From NCBI GenBank assembly GCA_944391395.1, contig CALXTI010000002.1:108163-172162 (forward strand): a DNA stretch of 64,000 bases, in the 5' to 3' direction. A program made the position numbers and the translations under genes. Below the pieces are notes generated by a model, which searched no databases, was not told the origin of the DNA, and saw only the letters and a program-made list of their open reading frames with translations. Of the stretch, positions 1-10,071 are shown in pieces. Numbering within the stretch: the stretch's first letter is position 1; each line of letters opens with the position of its first letter. This stretch comes from an uncultured Alphaproteobacteria bacterium. GTDB lineage: Bacteria; Pseudomonadota; Alphaproteobacteria; RF32; CAG-239.

Positions 1-178
1 TATAGCCGGCGCCGACAATCATAAGCCCGATGCCCAAATACAAACTCAGCGCAATCAGGCTGGCAACCGGATTGAGCCAGACATAAGCGCCGATGAGCAG
101 CATCAATACACCGGCCAACAAATGCCATATGCCGACGCAGCATGAGTGTTTTTCGGTTTTTATTTTGATGTTTACCAT
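1..178 (-). CDS. HdeD/DUF308-like small integral membrane protein (N-terminal part; gene runs off the left edge)
   Basis: Absent from ORF track because no stop lies in the window. Minus-strand ATG at 178-176 with AGGAG (rc of 186-190) 7 nt upstream. Translation MVNIKIKTEKHSCCVGIWHLLAGVLMLLIGAYVWLNPVASLIALSLYLGIGLMIVGAGY gives two G/L/I-rich helices in the HdeD/DUF308 style. Confidence 0.45.
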   Translation of the reverse strand, partial: MVNIKIKTEKHSCCVGIWHLLAGVLMLLIGAYVWLNPVASLIALSLYLGIGLMIVGAGY

Positions 179-331
179 GTTTTTTCTCCTTTTGTAATCG
201 TTGTGATTAAATATATAGGTTTGTTTACGGCAATTTTCCAGATGAGAAGAATATATCCTAAAGTCGAGTGTGGTTTGTGATGAATGTGAGATTATATATG
301 CAAAGTCAATTAACAGATTAAGGAGTAAACG

Positions 332-712
332 ATGAACAAAACAATGACAATTCTGGCCGCGGCATTGATGGTATGCGGCACGGGTGTGGCCATGGCCAAA
401 TGCGATTGCAATGAGTGCTACCAAAAAAGAGGCGGCGGGTTTATGGAAGGTGAGCCGCAAATTTCAACGGTCAAAGCAGCCATGGATATGGCTGATGATT
501 CCATGGTAACACTGCAGGGAAAAATCGAAAAAAGGATAAAAAAAGATAAATATACGTTTCAAGACGCAACCGGCAGTATGACGGTGGAAATTGATAAAGA
601 CATTTGGAACGGACAGACGGTAACGCCGCAAGATACGGTGGTGATAAGCGGTGAGTTGGACAGAGACGGCAAACACGCCAAACTTGATGTTGAACAGTTG
701 ACCAAAAAATAA
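332..712 (+). CDS. YgiW/YdeI-family (BOF) periplasmic OB-fold stress protein
   Basis: 126 aa with signal peptide MNKTMTILAAALMVCGTGVAMA. The rest (GGGF...TVKAAMDMADDSMVTLQGKIEKRIKKDKYTFQDATGSMTVEIDKDIWNGQTVTPQDTVVISGELD) is colinear with the E. coli YgiW pattern. RBS AAGGAG lies upstream. Confidence 0.85.
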   Translation: MNKTMTILAAALMVCGTGVAMAKCDCNECYQKRGGGFMEGEPQISTVKAAMDMADDSMVTLQGKIEKRIKKDKYTFQDATGSMTVEIDKDIWNGQTVTPQDTVVISGELDRDGKHAKLDVEQLTKK

Positions 713-739
713 TCTAGACTGTTTTACATTGCTTGTTTT

Positions 740-775
740 ATACCGCCGTGTCATGCGGCGGTATAAGTATTTTTT
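740..775 (+). terminator. Rho-independent terminator after the ygiW-like gene
   Basis: ataccgccg / cggcggtat 9-bp stem (740-764) followed by a T-run at 770-775. Confidence 0.7.
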
Positions 776-1056
776 GCAACTGAAAGTTTTATTTTTTTAA
801 TTTTGTGATTTTTCTTTACTTTTTTATTTTTGCCAATATAATGATTAATGCAAACGGGAATTCCGTTTGTAGGGTTCAACGTCCTTAAAAATACTACGAC
901 TTTTGGCAAGTGGTTCCAGTGCTTGCCGGTATCCGGACGGATATCGGTGAATAAGGTTTCCAAATAAGCCGAACCGTTTCGTAGTATACGGTCGTTGATG
1001 TCCGCCCGCTTTTATATTAAAGTTGGGCATTTTTTTTGTTTGGAAAAGGAGGAGAG

Positions 1057-1527
1057 ATGACCGAAGCAAAGAGGGTAAATGTACGCGGGCGTCCGAGCGC
1101 AAACGTGCCTAATCCGGTGGATGTATATGCCGGACAAAGAATGCGCCTGCGGCGGACGATGCTTAACATGAGCCAGCAAACATTGGCGCGCAAATTAGGG
1201 ATAACTTTTCAGCAAGTGCAAAAATACGAAAAAGGCGGCAACCGCATCGGTTTTAGCCGGATGTGCGATATCGCCGATATTTTGGGAATTACGCTTGATT
1301 ATTTTCGGGAAGGAATGGATAGGAATATCGCAAAAAGCAGTCCGATGCGTTTGGCTAATCCCGACGGAGAAGAAATCAAACAAGAGTATGCCGATGACCC
1401 TCTGAAAAGTTCGGAAGCGATGGCGTTGATGAGTAATTATTTTAAAATTCGTAATCGCAAAATTGCCAAACAAATTTTTAATTTGATACGTGATATAAGC
1501 GTGAGCAATTCCGCCATACCGGATTAA
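1057..1527 (+). CDS. XRE-family helix-turn-helix transcriptional regulator
   Basis: HTH_3 signature GQRMRLRRTMLNMSQQTLARKLGITFQQVQKYEKGGNRIGFSRMCDIADILGITLDYF. ATG at 1057 is preceded by AAGGAGGAG; the track start at 1036 is a TTG with no RBS. Confidence 0.85.
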   Translation: MTEAKRVNVRGRPSANVPNPVDVYAGQRMRLRRTMLNMSQQTLARKLGITFQQVQKYEKGGNRIGFSRMCDIADILGITLDYFREGMDRNIAKSSPMRLANPDGEEIKQEYADDPLKSSEAMALMSNYFKIRNRKIAKQIFNLIRDISVSNSAIPD

Positions 1528-1530
1528 TAT

Positions 1531-1566
1531 AAAAAAAACAAAACCCTGAATTTTTTTCAGGGCTTT
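1531..1566. terminator. Bidirectional terminator between convergent genes
   Basis: A-run, ccctgaa/ttcaggg stem (1544-1562), then T-rich flank. Confidence 0.6.
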
Positions 1567-1583
1567 GGCAGAAAATTTTCAAA

Positions 1584-1850
1584 TCACATTTGCGGATTGT
1601 ATTTGAAAGGGTCTTCTTTTTCTTTACCTTCATACACGTCGGCGGCTTCGTTAAAACGTTCGCTCAGGCGATTTTTCAGTTTGCCGGCGCTGCTTTCGGT
1701 ATCAGTGATTTGTTTGCTGATTTCGGTGCTGGTGTCGGTTGTGTAGCCTTTAATCCAGTTCCACTGATTTTCCGGCGTAACACCATATCCGAACCATACA
1801 ATTAAAACAACGATTGCAATCAGACCGATAAGATAAATCAAAGCTTTCAT
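1584..1850 (-). CDS. Small N-terminally anchored hypothetical protein
   Basis: 88 aa; one TM helix (ALIYLIGLIAIVVLIVWFGYG) then a hydrophilic Ser/Thr/Glu/Lys-rich tail. No family recognised. Confidence 0.5.
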   Translation of the reverse strand: MKALIYLIGLIAIVVLIVWFGYGVTPENQWNWIKGYTTDTSTEISKQITDTESSAGKLKNRLSERFNEAADVYEGKEKEDPFKYNPQM

Positions 1851-1917
1851 GTTGAGCCTCTAAAAAAATTATTGCCGATAAGGGCATCTTATCGGCAATA
1901 ATTTAATAAGTCTTTAA

Positions 1918-2862
1918 TCAGGCAAAAATATTTTCCGGCGTGTATCCGCCGTATTTGAAATTGTTGCCGTCGATGAAACGATAGTTTTTGTTCAACGCGG
2001 CAATCCGGCGTATGTCTTCGGCATCCAGATTGATGTTTGCGGCCGCTAAATTTTCCCGCAAACGTTCTTGATGAACGGATTTCGGGATGACCACGACGCC
2101 GCGCGCAATCTGCCAGGCCAAAATAATTTGCGCCGGAGTGGCGTTTAAGCGTCGGGCAATGTCTTTAATCACGGAATCTTCCAGCGGCTTGGGTTCGTTT
2201 TCATGTTTCAGGCGCGCCGCTCTGTCGCCGGAGCCGAGCGGAGCGTATGCCGTCAGCACAATCTGATTTTTTTGGCAGAAATCCAACAAGGCATCTTGCT
2301 GCAAGTAGGGGTGGCATTCAACCTGATTGACGGCCGGAGCGATTTCACCTTTATCAAGCAGTAATTGCAAGTTCTTTGCGCCGAAGTTGGATGTCCCGAT
2401 GGCTTTGACCAACCCGTCAGTATAGGCCTTTTCCATCTCCGCCCAAGTCGTTTCCAGAGGGATTTCGTTTAACGATATCATTTCGTCATCACTGAAAGGA
2501 ACGCCGGTGCCTTTTTTTTGGGCAATCGGCCAATGCATCAGCCATAAATCCAGATAGTCGAGCTGCAATTCAGCCAGAGTTTTTTCCAAAGCCGGACGGA
2601 CATCTTGCGGTGCGTGTGAATCGTTCCAGAGTTTTGAGGTGATGAAAATGTCTTCGCGCCGCAGGTTGTCTTCTTTGAAAGCGTCATGCAGGGCCTGACC
2701 GATTTCTGATTGATTGCCGTATGCGGCGGCGCAGTCAAAATGCGTGTATCCGAGCTTTAACGCCCAACGGACGGCCTGATACACTTCTCCGGGTGCAGAT
2801 TTCCATGTTCCGAGACCGATAAGCGGCATTGAGGCGCCGGTGTTTAATTGTGTGTGTTTCAT
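1918..2862 (-). CDS. Aldo/keto reductase (AKR1/aldose-reductase-like)
   Basis: 314 aa; MPLIGLGTWKS...GYTHFDCAAAYGNQSEIG...FITSKLWN...HWP...IGTSNF...NQVECHPYL, the canonical AKR catalytic D-Y-K-H context. Confidence 0.9.
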   Translation of the reverse strand: MKHTQLNTGASMPLIGLGTWKSAPGEVYQAVRWALKLGYTHFDCAAAYGNQSEIGQALHDAFKEDNLRREDIFITSKLWNDSHAPQDVRPALEKTLAELQLDYLDLWLMHWPIAQKKGTGVPFSDDEMISLNEIPLETTWAEMEKAYTDGLVKAIGTSNFGAKNLQLLLDKGEIAPAVNQVECHPYLQQDALLDFCQKNQIVLTAYAPLGSGDRAARLKHENEPKPLEDSVIKDIARRLNATPAQIILAWQIARGVVVIPKSVHQERLRENLAAANINLDAEDIRRIAALNKNYRFIDGNNFKYGGYTPENIFA

Positions 2863-3027
2863 CTTTGGCTCCTTATAAAAATGTTTTTGCGATATAATTA
2901 TTATAATATAGATACCGGATTTGCAAAATTAAAGATTGCTTTATTATAAAAATATATTAATGTATATAGCATATTGTTTCGGTCGGACAATATGAAAGAC
3001 TTACTAACTTTATAAAGGATGTTTGTT

Positions 3028-3552
3028 ATGAAGAAAACATTGTTATTAGCCGGTGTCGCAAGCTTATTTGCTTATAACGCCAACGCAATGGAATTTACGC
3101 CTTATGCCGGGGTTGATTATAATTACTCTTTTGTGGAACATGATTCTTCAATGGATGGCGTTATGGCCGATCATGCCCATTCCGGTTCGGTTGTTTTGGG
3201 TACAAAAGTTTCGCCTTATGCCGGTGTTGAGGCTTTTTACCAGCTTTCCAAAAAAGAACATAAGGCTGATTATCGTTCGCAAATCCAGGCTTACGGCATG
3301 GACGTTCAGGGTTATCTGCCGCTCGGATGCTATGGCGAATATGAACTTATCGGTTCTTTAGGCGCCGGTTGGTATGATGCAAAGTATGACAAAGACAGCG
3401 ACAGCGGTTGGGGTTATCGTCTGGGCGCCGGTCTGCAGTACAACATCACCGACAGTTGGGCCGTCCGCGCGATGTATCGTCACGTTTGGGTCGATAAAAG
3501 CGTTTTGGACGACTTGGATGAAATTTCCGTCGGCGTAAGATACCACTTCTGA
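3028..3552 (+). CDS. Small outer-membrane beta-barrel protein (OMP_b-brl/opacity-like)
   Basis: Signal peptide MKKTLLLAGVASLFAYNANA, alternating aromatic/Gly beta-strand pattern, C-terminal VGVRYHF. The ATG at 3028 has better AGGA spacing than the one at 3019. Confidence 0.75.
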   Translation: MKKTLLLAGVASLFAYNANAMEFTPYAGVDYNYSFVEHDSSMDGVMADHAHSGSVVLGTKVSPYAGVEAFYQLSKKEHKADYRSQIQAYGMDVQGYLPLGCYGEYELIGSLGAGWYDAKYDKDSDSGWGYRLGAGLQYNITDSWAVRAMYRHVWVDKSVLDDLDEISVGVRYHF

Positions 3553-3572
3553 TTTGGAAATGTTTTGTTTAT

Positions 3573-3604
3573 AAAAAATCCGCCTGTTTCGGGCGGATTT
3601 TTTA
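3573..3604 (+). terminator. Rho-independent terminator
   Basis: aaaaaatccgcc-tgtttc-gggcggatttttt perfect hairpin plus T-run. Confidence 0.85.
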
Positions 3605-3686
3605 TGGCCGTATTTTATTGCTTGTAAATTTATGAATTATGACTTATTTTCAAAGTGTGTTTTAATTTTTTTGCAGGGAGAAAAAA

Positions 3687-5168
3687 ATGCATCGGCATTT
3701 GGCTTTGCTTTTAAGCGTTATGGCTCTTCCGGCAGTGTGCCGGGCGGCGGAAATTACGGTTGATGAAACAAAAATCAATAATTTGGAAATCAGTATTTAT
3801 AACAGTAATCTGGCTTTGGTGAAAGATACGCGAGAGGTCAATCTGACCAAAGGTGAAAACATCGTGGCTTTTGAAAATGTCGCCACACAGATTAAACCCG
3901 AAAGCGCGCTTGTTATCGGCAAAGATATTCGTGTGTTGGAGCAAAATTATGATTATAATCTGATAACGACCGAAAATGTCATTAACGAACTTGTCGGGCA
4001 GGAAGTAACCACAGTTACGGAGAATCCGACAACCGGCGAAAACATGTTTGATCATGCCAAAATTATCAGTGCCAATTACGGTGCTCCCGTGTTGGAATTT
4101 TCTTATGGTATTGAAACGCGTTTTCCGGGACGAATCGTGTTTGGCAAACTGCCGGAAAATTTGCGCGGCAAGCCGACGTTGACGGCTAAAATCACCAATC
4201 TTGAAGCCGGTTTAAAAGATTTGTCTTTGGCGTATTTGACAGGCGGAATTTCGTGGAAGACAAACTATGTCGCCAAAGTTTCCGATAAAAACACGCTTGA
4301 TTTGACCGGATGGGTAACAATCAACAATCAGTCAGGTGTTGATTATCGTCAGGCCAAGGTTCAGCTTATTGCAGGCAACGTTAATCAGGTGGCCGATTAC
4401 GGCGTGGTGCGCCCGGTCGCCAATCGGGTGATGCTTGCCAAAAGCATGGGTACCGATATGGCCGTTGCCGAATCCGGCGCAGGTATGCCGCAGCAGTTGA
4501 GCGGATATCATTTGTATACCCTGCCTCAAAAAACCGATATAAAAGATAATCAGACCAAACAAATCAGCATGATTGAGAAAAATGGCGTTGCGTATAGCAA
4601 AGAAGGTCGGCTGCTTTCGCCTTTGTATTTGGGCGGAAAATATGAAACCGATTTTGAAAAATTACATCCGGATATGTATTATATCATGAACAATGATGAA
4701 TCCGACAATCTCGGTTTGCCGTTGCCGCAGGGCGTTATCCGTTTTTATGAAAACGATGTCAACGGCGGCATGCAGTTTATCGGTGAAAACAATATTAATC
4801 ATACGGCTAAAGGCGAGAAGATTGAATTGAATCTCGGCAAATTTTTTGATGTCTTTGTTGAGGGAAAAGTAACCGCAATAACGAAAGTCTCCGAAAACGA
4901 AATCAAACAAACGGCGAATGGTTGTCGGCGCAGCACCGTGGTTTATCGCTATGACGCGGAAGTCGTTTTCCAAAACGGCGGAGCTGAACCGCAAGAAGTT
5001 TTGTTTACGCAAAATCTGGGAAAAGATGCAAAAATCGTGTCTGAAAACATGGTCGGAAAAGCCAAAGATGTTGATACGCATCAATGGCGGATTTCGGTGC
5101 CGGTCGATGGTAAAATAACGTTGACATATTCGGCAGAAGTTCCGATGCAGGAACAGTTGTGTGATTAA
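3687..5168 (+). CDS. Secreted DUF4139-like protein (MuiA/TIGR02231-type architecture)
   Basis: 493 aa; signal peptide ending CRA-AE; N-terminal LEISIYNSNLALVKDTREVNLTKGENIVAFENVATQIKPESALV and a central ISWKTNYV...LTGWVTINNQSGVDYRQAKVQLIAG block resemble the DUF4139 family. By-eye call only. Confidence 0.5.
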   Translation: MHRHLALLLSVMALPAVCRAAEITVDETKINNLEISIYNSNLALVKDTREVNLTKGENIVAFENVATQIKPESALVIGKDIRVLEQNYDYNLITTENVINELVGQEVTTVTENPTTGENMFDHAKIISANYGAPVLEFSYGIETRFPGRIVFGKLPENLRGKPTLTAKITNLEAGLKDLSLAYLTGGISWKTNYVAKVSDKNTLDLTGWVTINNQSGVDYRQAKVQLIAGNVNQVADYGVVRPVANRVMLAKSMGTDMAVAESGAGMPQQLSGYHLYTLPQKTDIKDNQTKQISMIEKNGVAYSKEGRLLSPLYLGGKYETDFEKLHPDMYYIMNNDESDNLGLPLPQGVIRFYENDVNGGMQFIGENNINHTAKGEKIELNLGKFFDVFVEGKVTAITKVSENEIKQTANGCRRSTVVYRYDAEVVFQNGGAEPQEVLFTQNLGKDAKIVSENMVGKAKDVDTHQWRISVPVDGKITLTYSAEVPMQEQLCD

Positions 5169-5194
5169 TGTTTTTGTGTGGAAAACGTTGAGAG

Positions 5195-5221
5195 GGACGT
5201 CGCTGCGGCGTCCTTTTTTTG
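5195..5221 (+). terminator. Rho-independent terminator
   Basis: ggacgtc-gctgc-ggcgtcc stem followed by T7. Confidence 0.8.
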
Positions 5222-5233
5222 ATACAAACACAG

Positions 5234-5267
5234 AAAAAAAACACTCCTGCTTTACAGGAGTGTTTTT
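5234..5267. terminator. Bidirectional terminator
   Basis: A7 - acactcctg/caggagtgt 9-bp stem - T-run, between convergent genes. Confidence 0.8.
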
Positions 5268-5285
5268 CATATAAGTTGACTTATA

Positions 5286-5522
5286 TTATTTTTTGCTGCT
5301 GGTTTTCGATGTGCTTTTGGAAGCTGTCTTTTTGGAAGAAGAGCTTGAAGAAGCGCACGTTTTTTTGCAGCTTGATTTCTTGCTAGATTTAGAACAAGAA
5401 GAAAGCTGTTCTACAGCCATAGACCAGAATTTTTCATCTTGTCCGGACGGGCAGCCGGCATTTTGCCATAAATAGTAAGCTGCTTCCTTGATATAATTTT
5501 CATTCATATCGATATACTCCAA
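5286..5522 (-). CDS. DUF2934-like small protein with Ser/Lys-rich tail
   Basis: 78 aa; IKEAAYYLWQNAGCPSGQDEKFWSMAVEQL matches the Y-x-W-x-x-G-x-P-x-G-x-D-x-x-W DUF2934 pattern. The C-terminal 35 aa are almost only S/K/T/C. Confidence 0.55.
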   Translation of the reverse strand: MEYIDMNENYIKEAAYYLWQNAGCPSGQDEKFWSMAVEQLSSCSKSSKKSSCKKTCASSSSSSKKTASKSTSKTSSKK

Positions 5523-5691
5523 TAATAGGTTCTAAACATTGCTTAATATATATGCAAAAATTTTATCAGTCAATATTAAATACATACAAAATGTATAGTT
5601 ATTTTCTTGCATTTAAATTGAGTTGCCTTTATAGATATAAATTAAATGCTGAATAGGGTATTATTTTGACTATATCACAACAGGAGGTCTA

Positions 5692-7890
5692 ATGGAAAAT
5701 TTGTTATCTAAAGAAGAGATGAATGCCGTTATCGACGGCGATCACGGTAATGTTTTCGCCGTGCTGGGAATCCATCGCGACAAAGGCAGCAAAAATGTGT
5801 TTATCCGTACTTATCAACCGCATACGAAAGCGGTGGAACTCTTAGATGAAAATGACAATTCTTTAGGTATGTTGACCTGTCTGGACGAACGCGGATTTTA
5901 CCAAATCAATCTTGGCGTGCGTGATAATTTTAAATATCGTTTTCGCATCACGAATGATTTGGGCAACGTGTATGTCAAAGAAGATACTTATCGCTTTCAG
6001 CCGACATTGGGTGATATCGACGTTTATCTTTTCGCCGAAGGAAATCATCATGATATTTATAAAAAACTCGGTTCGCACGTTATGGAAATGGACGGTGTCA
6101 AAGGCGTCGGTTTTGCCGTGTGGGCGCCAAACGCCAAGCGTGTTTCGGTGGTCGGAAACTTTAATGCCTGGGATGGTCGTGTCGACGTGATGCGCAAACA
6201 TCCGACCTGCGGCATTTGGGATATTTTTATTCCGGGAATCGGCGAAGGCGAAGTTTACAAATATGAAATCAAAACCCAACAAGACTACATTTTGTGTAAA
6301 TCCGATCCGGTTGCTTTTTATGCCGAGAAACGTCCGAAGACGGCCTCTATCGTATATGATTTGAATCATTATAATTGGAACGACCGTGAATGGATGGCGT
6401 ATCGGGAATCGTACAACAGTTTTGACAAACCGATGTCGATTTATGAAGTGCATTTGGGGTCTTGGCGACGTAAGGGCGGACATGGTGAAGAATATTTGAC
6501 ATATCGCGAATTTGCCGATTATCTGGTGCCGTATGTGGTGAATATGGGCTTTACGCATGTTGAGTTTTTGCCTTTATGCGAACATCCGCTGGATGCGTCG
6601 TGGGGCTATCAGGTAACCGGTTTGTTTGCTCCGACATCGCGTTTCGGCACACCGGATGATTTCAGATATATGATAGATAAATTTCACCAGGCCAACATCG
6701 GCGTGATTATGGACTGGGTGCCGGCGCACTTCCCGAAAGACGGACACGGTTTGGTGGAGTTTGACGGCACGCACCTGTATGAGCATGCCGACCCGCGCAA
6801 AGGCGAACACAAGGATTGGGGAACCAAAATCTATAATTACGGTCGTACCGAGGTTTGCAATATTTTATGCGCCAGTGCTTTGTACTGGATGAAAGAATAT
6901 CATATCGACGGATTGCGGGTGGATGCAGTTGCCTCAATGCTTTATCTTGATTATTCGCGCAAGCCCGGCGAGTGGATACCGAATCAGTACGGCGGAAATG
7001 AAAATCTGGAGGCGATTTCATTTTTGCGTAAAATGAATGAGCTTGTATATGGTGAAAATCACGGTGTGTTGACCTGCGCCGAAGAATCCACCGCGTGGCC
7101 GATGGTGTCGCGTCCGACGTCAATGGGCGGTTTGGGGTTCGGCTATAAATGGAATATGGGCTGGATGAATGACACTTTGCGTTATATAAGCCATGAACCG
7201 ATACATCGCAAATATCATCACGGGCTTTTGACTTTCGGTCTTTTATATGCGTTTAACGAGAATTTTATTTTGCCGATTTCGCATGATGAAGTGGTGCACG
7301 GCAAAGGCTCCATGCTCGGTAAAATGCCGGGGGACGAGTGGCAAAAGTTTGCCAATCTGCGTGCTTATTACGGTTTTATGTGGACGCATCCAGGCAAAAA
7401 ACTTTTGTTTATGGGTTGCGAATTCGGACAAGATTGGGAATGGAACGCTGAAGAAAGTCTGCGTTGGCATCTGCTGCAATATCCGATGTATAAGGGAATG
7501 CAAAACTGTGTACGCGATTTGAACTTGATGTATAAAGGCAATGCGCCGCTGTATGAGGTGGATTTTGATTATCACGGGTTTGAATGGATTGAGCATTCCG
7601 ATTGCGACGACAGCGTGATTTCGTACATTCGCCGCGGACACAATCCGGATGATTATTTGATTGTTGTGTGCAATTTTACGCCGGTGGTGCGGCATAATTT
7701 CAGAGTAGGGGTCAACGAAGCCTGCCGCTATCAGGAAATTTTTAACAGTGACGATAAAAATTATTGGGGAAGCGGTGTTAAAAACGAAGGTTTGATTGAA
7801 GTGCAAGGGCAGGGATGGAATATGAAACCGTTTTCCATCGAAATCGTGCTGCCGCCGCTTTCTACCATTGTTATCAAACCTATCCGGTGA
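5692..7890 (+). CDS. glgB: 1,4-alpha-glucan (glycogen) branching enzyme
   Basis: 732 aa; GH13 motifs [41 protein letters not shown], and a CBM48-type N-region ([25 protein letters not shown]). Confidence 0.95.
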   Translation: MENLLSKEEMNAVIDGDHGNVFAVLGIHRDKGSKNVFIRTYQPHTKAVELLDENDNSLGMLTCLDERGFYQINLGVRDNFKYRFRITNDLGNVYVKEDTYRFQPTLGDIDVYLFAEGNHHDIYKKLGSHVMEMDGVKGVGFAVWAPNAKRVSVVGNFNAWDGRVDVMRKHPTCGIWDIFIPGIGEGEVYKYEIKTQQDYILCKSDPVAFYAEKRPKTASIVYDLNHYNWNDREWMAYRESYNSFDKPMSIYEVHLGSWRRKGGHGEEYLTYREFADYLVPYVVNMGFTHVEFLPLCEHPLDASWGYQVTGLFAPTSRFGTPDDFRYMIDKFHQANIGVIMDWVPAHFPKDGHGLVEFDGTHLYEHADPRKGEHKDWGTKIYNYGRTEVCNILCASALYWMKEYHIDGLRVDAVASMLYLDYSRKPGEWIPNQYGGNENLEAISFLRKMNELVYGENHGVLTCAEESTAWPMVSRPTSMGGLGFGYKWNMGWMNDTLRYISHEPIHRKYHHGLLTFGLLYAFNENFILPISHDEVVHGKGSMLGKMPGDEWQKFANLRAYYGFMWTHPGKKLLFMGCEFGQDWEWNAEESLRWHLLQYPMYKGMQNCVRDLNLMYKGNAPLYEVDFDYHGFEWIEHSDCDDSVISYIRRGHNPDDYLIVVCNFTPVVRHNFRVGVNEACRYQEIFNSDDKNYWGSGVKNEGLIEVQGQGWNMKPFSIEIVLPPLSTIVIKPIR

Positions 7891-7964
7891 GATTGAGCAA
7901 TTTATTAATCTTTTTATGTTAAATGTATGATTAAAGAGAATAATGAATGTTGAAAGGGTATTAA

Positions 7965-10037
7965 ATGCAATCAGTCAGAATCCGCTCCGGTCAAGCGTAT
8001 CCGTTGGGGGCAACTTATGACGGCAAGGGTGTTAATTTTGCACTGTTTTCCGCTCATGCCGAAAAAGTGGAGCTTTGTTTGTTTGACAAGAGCGGTGTGA
8101 CAGAGCAATTGCGTGTTGCAATTACCGAAAACGATCATAACATTTGGCATGCTTATGTTCAGGGCTTGGAGCCCGGGCAGGTGTACGGTTATCGTGTGTA
8201 CGGACCGTATGATCCGATGAACGGAAAACGCTTTAACCCGAATAAACTTTTGTTGGATCCCTATGCCCGAAAAGTAACGGGCAAGCTTATCTGGCACAAG
8301 GCGATTTTTGGTTATGACGTGGACAGCCCCGATAAAGATTTATCTTTTTCCGAACTTGACAGCGCGCCCTATGTGCCGAAATCGGTTGTAACAGCCAATG
8401 ATTTTGACTGGGAAGATGATGTCCGCCCGCAACATTCTTTCAGCGAAAGTATTATTTATGAATTGCATCCCAAAGGTTTTACGCTTTTGCATCCCAGGGT
8501 TGAAGATAAATGCCGGGGAAAGTTTTCCGGCTTGGCAGCCAAGAGTATTACCAATTATTTGAAATGGTTGGGCGTTACCGCAGTGGAACTTTTGCCGTCC
8601 CAGGCTTTTTTCCGCGACAAAGTGGGGCGGGATAATCTTAACTACTGGGGTTATGAAACCTTGGCTTTTTTTGCTCCCGAACCGGCGTATTTGGCAAACG
8701 GTAAAATCGATGAGTTCAAATCAATGGTGAAAACCTTGCATGCTCACGGCTTGGAAGTTATCATGGATGTGGTGTACAATCATACCGGTGAGGGTAACCA
8801 ACTCGGGCCGACTTTGAGTTTTCGCGGGATTGATAATGAAAGTTATTACACGCTGGATAAAAACAATAAGCGTTTTTATTATGACAGCACCGGTTGCGGC
8901 GCATCTTTTAATTTGCAGAATCCGTATGTGTTGACTCTGGTGATGGATTCCCTCAGATATTGGGTGGAAGAAATGCATGTTGACGGTTTCAGGCTGGATT
9001 TGGCAACAACACTGTGCCGCGTCGATACGGATTTTAAACAAAACAGTGGCTTTTTAATGTCTGCCCGGCAAGATGAAGTGTTGAGAAACGTCAAGATGAT
9101 TGCAGAACCGTGGGATATAGGTATGGGCGGGTATCAAATCGGCGCATATCCGCCGGGATGGGCGGAATGGAATGATCGTTTCCGCGATGTTGTACGTCGC
9201 TTTTGGCGCGGTGATGACCACCAGACGGGTGATTTTGCCAGCCGCATTTCAGGATCAAGCGATGTGTTCGGCTACAACAATCGCAACTTATGGAGCAGCA
9301 TTAATTTTATTACGGCGCATGATGGTTTCAACTTGTACGATTTGGTGAGCTATAACCAAAAACACAATGAGGCCAACGGCGAAAACAATCGTGACGGCAG
9401 TAATGCGAATTGGAGCTGGAATTCCGGTTTGGAAGGCGTGACGGAAGACAACAAGGTCAATGAAACACGCTTGCTCCGCGCCAAAGCTTTGATGGCGACG
9501 CTGGTGTTGTCTTTCGGTACGCCGATGTTATTTGCGGGTGATGAGTTTGGCAATACGCAATTCGGGAACAACAACCCGTATTGTCAAGACAACGTGATTG
9601 CCTGGATTGTGTGGGAGGCAATTACGATGAGAAATCGCAACTTTGCCCGCTATGTTCATAATCTGATAAAATTGCGGCGGCGATTGAGCGTTTTTAAAAA
9701 CGAACATTTCTTTACCGGTCAGCCGGTCAATAAAAAAGGATTTAAGGATTTGGCCTGGTATACGGAAAAAGGAACGGAATTTTCCCATGACGATTGGAAC
9801 ACGGCAAATCGCAAATCTTTGGCTTATTTAACATATGTCCCGGGGCGTCTGCTCTTGGTGATATTTAACGCCCATGACAAAGCTGTCAAATGGACGTTGC
9901 CGTTGTTGAAACGAACAAAAAAATGGAAAGCCGTATTTGAAACATCGGGAAAATTTGATTTGGAAACATCCTTGGAATCGGGAAAAGCAATCGAAATTCC
10001 GGCGTGGTCGGTTATGGCAATCGAAATCGGGGTTTGA
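7965..10037 (+). CDS. glgX: Glycogen debranching enzyme
   Basis: 690 aa; GATYDGKGVNFALFSAHAEKVELCLF, YWGYETLAFFAPEPAY, VIMDVVYNHT, GFRLDLA, IAEPWD, FITAHDGFNL: typical GlgX/TreX. Confidence 0.95.
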   Translation: MQSVRIRSGQAYPLGATYDGKGVNFALFSAHAEKVELCLFDKSGVTEQLRVAITENDHNIWHAYVQGLEPGQVYGYRVYGPYDPMNGKRFNPNKLLLDPYARKVTGKLIWHKAIFGYDVDSPDKDLSFSELDSAPYVPKSVVTANDFDWEDDVRPQHSFSESIIYELHPKGFTLLHPRVEDKCRGKFSGLAAKSITNYLKWLGVTAVELLPSQAFFRDKVGRDNLNYWGYETLAFFAPEPAYLANGKIDEFKSMVKTLHAHGLEVIMDVVYNHTGEGNQLGPTLSFRGIDNESYYTLDKNNKRFYYDSTGCGASFNLQNPYVLTLVMDSLRYWVEEMHVDGFRLDLATTLCRVDTDFKQNSGFLMSARQDEVLRNVKMIAEPWDIGMGGYQIGAYPPGWAEWNDRFRDVVRRFWRGDDHQTGDFASRISGSSDVFGYNNRNLWSSINFITAHDGFNLYDLVSYNQKHNEANGENNRDGSNANWSWNSGLEGVTEDNKVNETRLLRAKALMATLVLSFGTPMLFAGDEFGNTQFGNNNPYCQDNVIAWIVWEAITMRNRNFARYVHNLIKLRRRLSVFKNEHFFTGQPVNKKGFKDLAWYTEKGTEFSHDDWNTANRKSLAYLTYVPGRLLLVIFNAHDKAVKWTLPLLKRTKKWKAVFETSGKFDLETSLESGKAIEIPAWSVMAIEIGV

Positions 10038-10071
10038 GTGGTGATAACCATGATGAAAAACGGAGGTTGAT

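Noticed and set aside
1036-1056. Upstream alternative starts given by the ORF track (e.g. 1036, 3019, 14058, 14820, 18399, 23910, 29681, 39695, 46212, 49730, 51957, 56961, 58320, 60239)
   Set aside because: In each case an internal ATG has a Shine-Dalgarno sequence at proper spacing, removes an overlap with the neighbouring gene, or exposes a proper signal peptide or family N-terminus. The shorter coordinates were used.
4662-5270. 202-aa ORF antisense to the DUF4139-like gene
   Set aside because: Shadow ORF that reads through two terminators and has no RBS.
5863-6558. 231-aa ORF antisense to glgB (likewise 7243-7806 in glgB, 57820-58365 in rmlD and 32710-33231 in the SIMPL gene)
   Set aside because: Long antisense shadows of well-supported genes. 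They have no motifs and no RBS.
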